Of a stretch of DNA of 59,492 bases, positions 44,594 to 52,673 are shown one piece after another (within the stretch, counting starts at the first letter, position 1; the number at the start of each line of letters is the position of its first letter). The stretch is from a virus, in the IMG/VR virus record IMGVR_UViG_3300044940_000188, positions 1-59,492 of that record; one strand, given 5' to 3'. The notes beneath the pieces were generated by a model. It was not told the origin of the DNA. It worked only from the letters and a program-made list of their open reading frames with translations, and searched no databases. The position numbers were made by a program, and so were the translations under genes.

Positions 44594-44623
44594 CCCCACG
44601 GCCTGACAGCCGTGGGGTTTTTT
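44594..44623 (+). terminator. Intrinsic terminator with the same stem as 44257-44285
   Basis: Stem CCCCACGGC / GCCGTGGGG followed by TTTTTT. Confidence 0.8.
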
Positions 44624-44780
44624 GTGTGCACATTTCGTAGGGACTCCGTTTATGCGCCCATTTTTCGCCGTATGCCGGGCTGGCGGGCTGGCGGGCCGGA
44701 GGGGGCGGAGGCAGTGAGGAGAGGCGCCGCCTCTGGCGGCGTTATCATCGGCGCAAATCATGAGCCGTGGGGCTGAAGTA

Positions 44781-45171
44781 TTTGTAGTGGTTTGCAGTCA
44801 GAGGCAGCGAGGGCGGATCACTACAAACAAACCCAGGCGGAGAGCGGTCTATAAATATATATAGTTATTATAGTATTTATAGTGATGTCTCCGCCGAGAA
44901 CCTACGTAAGGCTTTTCGGTTTCGTGGGTTTGAATTGATGGGGTGTGTGTAGAAGATTAGGGTCTTCTATTTCTAAAGCGCGCTATAAATACTATTATTC
45001 GTTTTTTCTTTAGAAACAATGACTTCTAACCCAGCTGCTGAACTGCGCTTCGAGGGTTTATAGCAGCGCGCTGCTTTTAACCCCCACAGCCCCACAAACT
45101 CTCCCTCTGCCACTTAACAACCCGATTATTTATAGTCATCGAAACAGCCCTACTATAATTACTATAAATAC
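44781..45171. repeat. AT-rich non-coding island with 5 exact CTATAAATA copies in both orientations, nested in short inverted repeats
   Basis: CTATAAATA at 44849-57 (+), 44874-82 (-), 44983-91 (+), 45127-35 (-) and 45162-70 (+). Inverted-repeat pairs: 44781-89/44819-27, 44836-43/44888-95, 44950-56/44963-69 and 44971-78/45008-15. A 14-bp palindrome lies at 45062-75. Confidence 0.85.
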
Positions 45172-45207
45172 CCAGCCTTTCTCAACAGGTGATTTCAGCA
45201 TCACTTG

Positions 45208-45222
45208 TTACAAAATTTGTAA
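45208..45222. promoter_or_regulatory. Palindrome S4: TTACAAAATTTGTAA
   Basis: Exact inverted repeat in the leader of the early operon. Confidence 0.9.
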
Positions 45223-45259
45223 ATTTCCGAGTCTCTAAACAAGTCTCGGAAATCTTTTT
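45223..45259 (+). terminator. Terminator or attenuator-like hairpin in the 5' leader of gene 45303
   Basis: Stem ATTTCCGAG / CTCGGAAAT, 13-nt loop, then CTTTTT. Confidence 0.55.
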
Positions 45260-45302
45260 CACAGTGCCTACTCCCTAAACAAACCATGAAGGAGAAATCA
45301 TC

Positions 45303-45521
45303 ATGAACCGTACCAACCTGATCGAAGTCATCGCTGGTGCCGCCGAAACGATTGCTGACACGGTGGGCCAGCACCTGTCCACCCTGCCACCCGACCACCT
45401 GTTCGCACTGGAGTCGGCGTACTACGACCTGACGGGAAACCCGCTCTTCAGTGAGGCGCAACGCCAGCAGCTGCTTGCCCGTGCCAACCGCCCCCCCGCC
45501 GCTGGCGTGGGTCGCTTCTGA
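45303..45521 (+). CDS. Hypothetical 72-aa early protein
   Basis: AAGGAG lies 8 nt upstream of the ATG. Confidence 0.6.
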   Translation: MNRTNLIEVIAGAAETIADTVGQHLSTLPPDHLFALESAYYDLTGNPLFSEAQRQQLLARANRPPAAGVGRF

Positions 45522-45536
45522 TCGTGGGGTATCAAC

Positions 45537-46121
45537 ATGTTCATCATCTATTTCCAGTTGGTCCCCCACCCCGCTGGTGAGCCGGGTGAAGTGCCGGAGC
45601 TGTTCACTGATCATCTGCTCTACCCGCTGGTCCGTCCGGTTGAGTTCGGCAAGGTCCGTGCCAACAGCCCCACAGCCCCCCGCCCGTGTCGTGCCAGTGA
45701 GCCGTCCTACTTGCAGAACGACGAGCTGAACCAGCTGAGGACAAAGATGATGGTTGACTACTCACTGCGGTCCGGGCGCTTCTACCCTAGCGACTTGACT
45801 GAACAGTACCCTGCCGGCGTGCGGGCGATACTGAGTACAGCGCCGTTCTATCTGCAGCACTCCGACATCTACGAGATCGGCCTGCTGCTTGGCTGGTTAC
45901 GGCCCACCAGTCTTGGGTACTACTGGGGCATTGGTCTTGGTAGCACGCTGGTTGACGTGTTCAGTCGGACTGATCCGCACATCGAATTCCAGTTCGAAAA
46001 CGAGGAAGACGTTCTGCGTTGTGCAGAGCTGTCAGTGAAAGGAGGTGAGCGCTACTACTTCGCCCTGCCTGAAAAACCGTCACATACCACGCTCCGTTAC
46101 GTGGCACTGTTCACGTACTGA
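45537..46121 (+). CDS. Hypothetical 194-aa early protein
   Basis: ORF with typical composition; weak SD. Confidence 0.6.
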   Translation: MFIIYFQLVPHPAGEPGEVPELFTDHLLYPLVRPVEFGKVRANSPTAPRPCRASEPSYLQNDELNQLRTKMMVDYSLRSGRFYPSDLTEQYPAGVRAILSTAPFYLQHSDIYEIGLLLGWLRPTSLGYYWGIGLGSTLVDVFSRTDPHIEFQFENEEDVLRCAELSVKGGERYYFALPEKPSHTTLRYVALFTY

Positions 46122-46150
46122 AACACACCTACACATGAGGAGACACAACC

Positions 46151-46552
46151 ATGAAAATCAACGACGCAGCAATCGGCTCTCGCTCCAGCTTCAGTCTCGT
46201 CTACGAGGACTTCGTGAACTCTGTTCTGTTCATGATCATCATCGCCGCCTGCTTGATCGCTGGGGTAGTCAACACTGACGCCGGCTGGACGGTGGCAGGG
46301 CTGGCGCTCTGGGTTGTCAGGCTGGACGATCAGATCACCCGTGCCAGACGGCGGCTGCTGGTGTACGGCGAGACGGTGTTCCTGTCTGAAGCACTGATGT
46401 ATGCGCTGAAGCTGGACCCCGACAATGGCAAGCAGTTCCTGCAGAAGCTGGTGGAGGAAGGGTACGTCCGTGAGGAGATACTGGCGGAGGTGCTTGAACG
46501 CACCGTCGAAGCCTTTGGCCTGAACAAGAAAAAGACCAACAACGAGGAGTAA
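46151..46552 (+). CDS. Early membrane protein (133 aa)
   Basis: GAGGAG SD. Hydrophobic segments VLFMIIIAACLIAGVV and WTVAGLALWVV. Confidence 0.65.
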   Translation: MKINDAAIGSRSSFSLVYEDFVNSVLFMIIIAACLIAGVVNTDAGWTVAGLALWVVRLDDQITRARRRLLVYGETVFLSEALMYALKLDPDNGKQFLQKLVEEGYVREEILAEVLERTVEAFGLNKKKTNNEE

Positions 46553-46557
46553 CAGCA

Positions 46558-46767
46558 ATGAAAAGCTGCAACACCTGCCGACACTACTACCGTCCGCTGT
46601 TTGCCCGTCTACTGAACACTGGACGGGTGGAGTGTCACCATCCGAAAGTCAACGAGCTTGCCAGCAACCATCTGTTTGCCGTGCACGGGCAGTTCGGCAT
46701 CGACTGCCTGGGAGCGCGGCGTCTTTATTGCCGTGACGGCAGCATGCATGAGGAGAAAAAACCATGA
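46558..46767 (+). CDS. Cys/His-rich 69-aa protein, possibly a zinc finger
   Basis: CNTC...CHH...C...C pattern. GAGGAG SD. Confidence 0.6.
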   Translation: MKSCNTCRHYYRPLFARLLNTGRVECHHPKVNELASNHLFAVHGQFGIDCLGARRLYCRDGSMHEEKKP

Positions 46768-46907
46768 AAAGGAAGGACAAGTGGATGCGCAGACGGGAGC
46801 GCCGGCGTGCCGAGAAGTGGCTGCGCCTGCAGCGGCAGGCTGCTGAGCGGCAGCGGCTGAGGGAGCAGTCCGGGTTGATCGTTGCCGCTGAGGAGACGTC
46901 GCGATGA
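46764..46907 (+). CDS. Arg-rich 47-aa ORF (below the track cutoff)
   Basis: ATGA overlaps at both ends and AGGAG lies 8 nt upstream. Translation: MKRKDKWMRRRERRRAEKWLRLQRQAAERQRLREQSGLIVAAEETSR. Confidence 0.45.
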   Translation: MKRKDKWMRRRERRRAEKWLRLQRQAAERQRLREQSGLIVAAEETSR

Positions 46908-47212
46908 GCAGTAGCTATCAACCTCTATCCGGACTCGTGACGGAGCCGGACGGTACGCAGGCCATGTATTTGTTGGGCACTGCCGTCCTGACGGTGTATC
47001 CGTCCGGGACTGTCCGCATCGACACTGATGACTGGCGTGGGCATGTAGTTAGTACCCGCATCAACTACGCCGCTGCCAAATTACGGTTGAACCTGCGGAT
47101 CTTCTTTTCCAAGAACGGTGATCTGCTGCTTGTCTACAAAAACAGAGAGATGAACCTCCGCAAGGCCAGCGTCGTGGTACTCCACGATGGTGCCGTGCTG
47201 GAGGTAGCGTGA
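46904..47212 (+). CDS. Hypothetical 102-aa protein
   Basis: GAGGAG SD and coupled start. Confidence 0.6.
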   Translation: MSSSYQPLSGLVTEPDGTQAMYLLGTAVLTVYPSGTVRIDTDDWRGHVVSTRINYAAAKLRLNLRIFFSKNGDLLLVYKNREMNLRKASVVVLHDGAVLEVA

Positions 47213-47222
47213 CGTGCCTACC

Positions 47223-47237
47223 TTACAAACCTTGTAA
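47223..47237. promoter_or_regulatory. Palindrome S5: TTACAAACCTTGTAA (17-mer identical to S1)
   Basis: Exact inverted repeat, 7 nt upstream of the AAGGAG SD of the ATPase gene. Confidence 0.9.
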
Positions 47238-47256
47238 CCAAACTAAGGAGACAGAC

Positions 47257-48321
47257 ATGAACATCAAGAATGCGAAAACCATGATTAAGGCCCTCTACAA
47301 ACGTCAGGTGGAGACCGGTGTGCGGTACTCGGTGATGCTCCAGTCTGGCCCTGGGCTGGGCAAGTCGGAGGGTGTGGCGCAGGCGGTGGCAGAGCTGTCG
47401 CAGGAGATGAAACAGCCATTCGGGCTGAAGACCTTCCTGCTGTCCACGGTTGAGTCGCCGGACCTGCGTGGGTTCGGCATTCCGGCCAAAGACACCGACG
47501 GCACGCCCATAATGACGTATACCCGTGCGCCGTGGGGGCTGCGTGCTGGTGACCCGCAGCACGGGATACTGTTCCTCGACGAGTTCAGGCAGGCGAGCCA
47601 CGACGTTCAGAAACCGGCTGCCGAGCTACTGCTCAACGGGCGTGTGGGCGAGACCGTGCTGCCCATCACCTACATGGTAGTCGCGGCGAGCAACCGGGAC
47701 ACCGACCGCTCAGGCGTGCAACGGGAGATGGCGTTCATTACCAATCGTCTGCTGACGGTTGACGTGCACGCTGACCTCGACGCGTGGGTGGAGTGGGCCG
47801 AGAAGTCGCGGGTGCACTGGATGGCAGTGGCGTTCGCCAAGGCCAACCCGAGCGACGTGTTTGCTGACCGGGTGCCCGACAAGCCGGGTCCGTTCTGCAC
47901 GCCGCGCACGCTGGTCAAGGTGGCCAACCTGATCGACGCTGGGCTGCCTCAGAACATGTTCGGTGAGGTTGCTGCTGGTCTCATCGGTGAGGGCACGGCG
48001 ACAAAACTGGTGGCGTTCATGCGGGTCATCGACGAGCTGCCCACGTTCGAGGAGATCGTCAAGGACCCAGAGAACTGCCGCCTGCCGCCAGTTTCTCGGC
48101 CCGACGCGCAGTACGCTGCCATGCAAATGGTGGCGCACCGGGTGACCCCGGCCACCTCTCGGGCAGTGTTCACCTACCTGCTCCGCCTGCCGCGTGAGTT
48201 CCAGTTGGCCGGCCTGCGGGCAGCCCTGCGTGTGGCACCACAGGTGTTGCACAACAAGGAGTTCGCCGACTGGATGCGGTCGAACAGCCAGCTGCTCGCT
48301 GCTGTCGCCGCTGCTTCGTAA
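47257..48321 (+). CDS. MoxR/CobS-like AAA+ ATPase
   Basis: Walker A SGPGLGKSEG, Walker B ILFLDEF and sensor-1 VVAASNRD. ATG 47257 has AAGGAG upstream; GTG 47209 would read through palindrome S5. Confidence 0.85.
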   Translation: MNIKNAKTMIKALYKRQVETGVRYSVMLQSGPGLGKSEGVAQAVAELSQEMKQPFGLKTFLLSTVESPDLRGFGIPAKDTDGTPIMTYTRAPWGLRAGDPQHGILFLDEFRQASHDVQKPAAELLLNGRVGETVLPITYMVVAASNRDTDRSGVQREMAFITNRLLTVDVHADLDAWVEWAEKSRVHWMAVAFAKANPSDVFADRVPDKPGPFCTPRTLVKVANLIDAGLPQNMFGEVAAGLIGEGTATKLVAFMRVIDELPTFEEIVKDPENCRLPPVSRPDAQYAAMQMVAHRVTPATSRAVFTYLLRLPREFQLAGLRAALRVAPQVLHNKEFADWMRSNSQLLAAVAAAS

Positions 48322-48350
48322 TCTACTAACATCTGTAAGGAGACATGACC

Positions 48351-49691
<1,341 letters not shown>

Positions 49692-49755
49692 TGACACGTG
49701 TAGACCTCACCAACGGTACCAATTACCTGACTATCGAAGTAACGAAGGAGTAGAC

Positions 49756-50976
49756 ATGAGTAGCCAGAGGTTTACAGAAATGAAGTCGGCCGTGCTGATG
49801 CACGTGCCGTTCTTCGCTGCGCTCTTGCTTGACCGGATGACGATGAAGGTTGGCAAGTTCCCCAACATCCCGACGGCCGGCACCGATGGCAAGACGGTCT
49901 GGTTCGACGAGGATTTTCTCAACAGCCTGACACTCAAGGAGGCGATGTTCGTGTGCTGCCATGAGGTAGCGCACGCCATGTGGATGCACATGGACCGGGC
50001 CAAGAAATACGAGAGGCTCGGCACTGTGAACGGCAGGCCTTTCAATGCCATGAAGTGGAACACTGCCGCTGACTACGTCATCAACTATCTGCTGGTGGAG
50101 GCTGGCATTGGCAAAATGCCTGCAGGCGGACTGTACGACGGCCGGTACACGTCGAGCATGTCGGTAGAGGAGGTGTACGCACAGCTGCCGGACCCGCCAC
50201 CGTCTGGAGGTGGTGGCGGTAGTACTGGTGACGGCGGTGACAATGGCGACGGTGACGGCAGTGACGGCGGTGGCGGCCGTGACGCCATGCCGGGGTTCGA
50301 CGTGCACGTACCTGCTCAGTCCGAGGTTTCCCAAGAAGAGTGGAAGCGCGCTGTCGCTAGCGCCGTGCAGGCTGCCAAGACCGCCGGCAAGCTGCCCGGC
50401 GCACTGGAGCGGTTCGCTGAGGCATTACTTAACCCGCAGGTCACGTGGCAGGAGGTGCTGCGCCGACGACTGACGGCGCTGGTGGGGCGCGACGCGCGCA
50501 CGTGGGCAAAGCTGCATCGGCGCCGGCTGGTGGCACAGGGGGTAGTTATGCCAGGTTACGCCGGTCATAGGGCCGGCACGGTGGTGGTTGTTGTGGACAC
50601 GTCCGGGTCTATCAGCAGTCAGGAGCTTACGGTGTTCCTGACAGAGGTACAGGCAATTCTCGACGACGTGCAGCCGCAGGAGACCGTCCTCGTTGCGTGC
50701 GACACCAAAGTGCAAGATGTGCACACGCTGTATCCAGGCGATAGCCTCACAGCCCTGCAGCTCAAGCTGGGTGGAGGCGGCGGCACGTCCTTCGTCCCGC
50801 CATTCGAGTGGGTGGCGGAGCAGAGTGTGTACCCCGACACGCTGGTGTACCTAACCGACATGCACGGTACGTTCCCTGCTGACCCGGGCTACCCGGTCAT
50901 CTGGTGTGCGACGAGTGACCGGGAAGGACCGTTCGGCGAGACGATTCGTCTTGAGGTTGGAGGTGGGCTGCTGTGA
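49756..50976 (+). CDS. VWA-domain protein with an N-terminal DUF2201-type metallopeptidase-like domain (CobT-like partner)
   Basis: HEVAHAMWMH, a Gly/Asp linker, and the MIDAS motif VVVVDTSGSIS. ATG 49756 has GAAGGAG upstream. Confidence 0.8.
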   Translation: MSSQRFTEMKSAVLMHVPFFAALLLDRMTMKVGKFPNIPTAGTDGKTVWFDEDFLNSLTLKEAMFVCCHEVAHAMWMHMDRAKKYERLGTVNGRPFNAMKWNTAADYVINYLLVEAGIGKMPAGGLYDGRYTSSMSVEEVYAQLPDPPPSGGGGGSTGDGGDNGDGDGSDGGGGRDAMPGFDVHVPAQSEVSQEEWKRAVASAVQAAKTAGKLPGALERFAEALLNPQVTWQEVLRRRLTALVGRDARTWAKLHRRRLVAQGVVMPGYAGHRAGTVVVVVDTSGSISSQELTVFLTEVQAILDDVQPQETVLVACDTKVQDVHTLYPGDSLTALQLKLGGGGGTSFVPPFEWVAEQSVYPDTLVYLTDMHGTFPADPGYPVIWCATSDREGPFGETIRLEVGGGLL

Positions 50977-51602
50977 GAAAGCGCACTAGGTCTAGCCCGT
51001 TCGAAGGCTATCAGGTGTGTTGGAACTGGATGCAGACCAGCCGCATGTCCGTACCGATACCACTTACAAACGCCCAAATTCAGAGCATGTTAGAACGACT
51101 GGCGGCAGTGTCTGTCTCCGGCACGTCAATAGAAGTGCACAACCGAAACATGGCTGTGCATTACTCGAACACGTCCGTGATCAAGCTGGAAGGTATGTCC
51201 ACCACTGCCGCATTGCATGCCGGTGGATTGAAGATCCCGTCGCCACGCGAGTTCTTCATTGTGCCGAAGAGTGCGTCAGAGTATGCCGTCCTGCAGGACT
51301 GGGTAACCAAAGCGTGCGAGTATGAAGACAGACTTCAGCACAACCTTGCCATCTTGCACACACAGCTGTCGAGTGAAGAAGGTGTTCATCCAATGCTGGC
51401 TGATTTACTGGAACCGTTTTGGAAGCTGCGTGTAAACAAGCACGATTCGACGCCCGGCATCCACGATCTTCTAAAAATGCTGACAGACGGACTGGCGCTT
51501 CAGACTGTCATCGGTATGGACGTGGTTGTGAGACCTGTGACTCCGGTAGATGGTGGTTGGAGTGCAGGCGATTCAACGGTTGTTATTTCGTGGGTGGAGT
51601 AG
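50973..51602 (+). CDS. Hypothetical 209-aa protein; lower GC than surrounding genes
   Basis: GTG overlaps the VWA stop (GTGA). The exact start is uncertain. Confidence 0.55.
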   Translation: MRKRTRSSPFEGYQVCWNWMQTSRMSVPIPLTNAQIQSMLERLAAVSVSGTSIEVHNRNMAVHYSNTSVIKLEGMSTTAALHAGGLKIPSPREFFIVPKSASEYAVLQDWVTKACEYEDRLQHNLAILHTQLSSEEGVHPMLADLLEPFWKLRVNKHDSTPGIHDLLKMLTDGLALQTVIGMDVVVRPVTPVDGGWSAGDSTVVISWVE

Positions 51603-51606
51603 AACA

Positions 51607-52455
51607 ATGACCAGACTGTCAACAAAACCAATGGCCTATAAGGTCAATCATTGCCTGCGAAAAGAAGCTGAGCGCTACATAGTAGCTACACGCCCGCTCG
51701 TACCATTCCCGCTTGACCCGGTGAAGCACCTTCTGATCCCTGCAATCGGCAAAGAACGGCTGGCATTTTTACTTGATATGTGCACGTCGTATGAAGATCG
51801 CAAGAACAGAAAGCAGCCGTGGTTCGCCGTTAACGGTCACGGGTTTGCGGCATGCTATCCGGACATAACTATTACCTTCGACCGGGACTCTTTGCGGCAT
51901 GTGGCTAGTACATACCCGCTACCGCTGGACCGCCAGTTCTTGAACGTCCGCTCAATGGTGCTGGACATGATTGACTCAGGCTGGAGTATTGCCATTGATG
52001 TCCGGCTACCAACCATGTTCGAAGGCCGTCTGTGTGATGTAGGTATCCACTCTTCCAACCTTCCACCTGAAATTGCAGAGGCGGTGGCGTTGTTTGTGGT
52101 GAGTCGGTCTATCGTCACGTGCAACATCTATACAGCTTTTCAGCTGGTAGAGATGATGTACTCCGATCGCAAGAACATACGTGTTCTGGCTAACATCTTT
52201 CCATCTTTGAGGAAGACGTTAAGCGAGTTGGTGGGATATGCTATCCCGGAGGAGAAAGTCAATTTGATGCGTTGTATTAAGAACAGTCGGCTGCGGAATT
52301 TAATTCCCGGTATCAACGCTGTTCTGGCCGTCAAACACCTGATCCCCAAAGTTGAAACAGACGACGCCACACAGATACCGTACCCAGACATCTACTACTC
52401 GATGTCGCCCAGTGCCAGATTACTTGATCTATGGCTGGCACGCCAGCCGGGTTAG
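51607..52455 (+). CDS. Hypothetical 282-aa protein; lower GC
   Basis: ATG 51607 has GGTGGAG upstream; the track start 51550 is rejected. Confidence 0.6.
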   Translation: MTRLSTKPMAYKVNHCLRKEAERYIVATRPLVPFPLDPVKHLLIPAIGKERLAFLLDMCTSYEDRKNRKQPWFAVNGHGFAACYPDITITFDRDSLRHVASTYPLPLDRQFLNVRSMVLDMIDSGWSIAIDVRLPTMFEGRLCDVGIHSSNLPPEIAEAVALFVVSRSIVTCNIYTAFQLVEMMYSDRKNIRVLANIFPSLRKTLSELVGYAIPEEKVNLMRCIKNSRLRNLIPGINAVLAVKHLIPKVETDDATQIPYPDIYYSMSPSARLLDLWLARQPG

Positions 52456-52461
52456 CCAAAC

Positions 52462-52476
52462 TTACAAGCCTTGTAA
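52462..52476. promoter_or_regulatory. Palindrome S7: TTACAAGCCTTGTAA
   Basis: Exact inverted repeat, 6 nt after the stop codon. Confidence 0.9.
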
Positions 52477-52481
52477 CTTTC

Positions 52482-52516
52482 AGGCCCACGGTCCCCGCGG
52501 ACCGTGGGCCTTTTTT
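52482..52516 (+). terminator. Strong intrinsic terminator
   Basis: 13-bp stem AGGCCCACGGTCC / GGACCGTGGGCCT, 4-nt loop, then TTTTTT. Confidence 0.85.
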
Positions 52517-52533
52517 GTGCCTTTTTCTTGCGC

Positions 52534-52562
52534 TTGACACGCCCCGTCGGCCCCGCTACATT
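52534..52562 (+). promoter_or_regulatory. Sigma70-like promoter candidate upstream of the DNA polymerase gene
   Basis: TTGACA, a 17-nt spacer, then TACATT. Located immediately after the terminator. Confidence 0.5.
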
Positions 52563-52673
52563 AGCACCCACGTTACTTGCCGACGGTGGTCGCATGGATT
52601 TCCTCATCGCTTTGCTCGTCTGCTCGTGGCCGGTCTGGCTGCCCGTTATCATCAGCTGGTGGGAGGATTCGAG

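Noticed and set aside
44387-44776. ORFs 44387-44761 (-), 44371-44631 (-) and 44582-44776 (+) in the long non-coding region
   Set aside because: They run through palindrome S3 and a terminator, have junk-like Arg/Cys/Pro composition, and have no SD. The region is better explained as regulatory DNA.
43401-45302. tRNA or other structured RNA genes in the two long non-coding regions
   Set aside because: I could find no cloverleaf with a T-loop (GTTCRA) or an anticodon-stem arrangement by eye. tRNAscan-SE or Infernal would be needed to exclude small RNAs.
45286-45306. Six-codon upstream mini-ORF (MKEKSS) whose stop overlaps ATG 45303
   Set aside because: Its sequence is essentially the AAGGAG SD of the downstream gene, so it is most likely coincidental. 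A leader-peptide role cannot be excluded without ribosome profiling.
45201-45614. 137-aa minus ORF overlapping the early gene 45303-45521
   Set aside because: It is antisense to a gene with an excellent SD, and it would have to start within the plus-strand operon and end inside palindrome S4.
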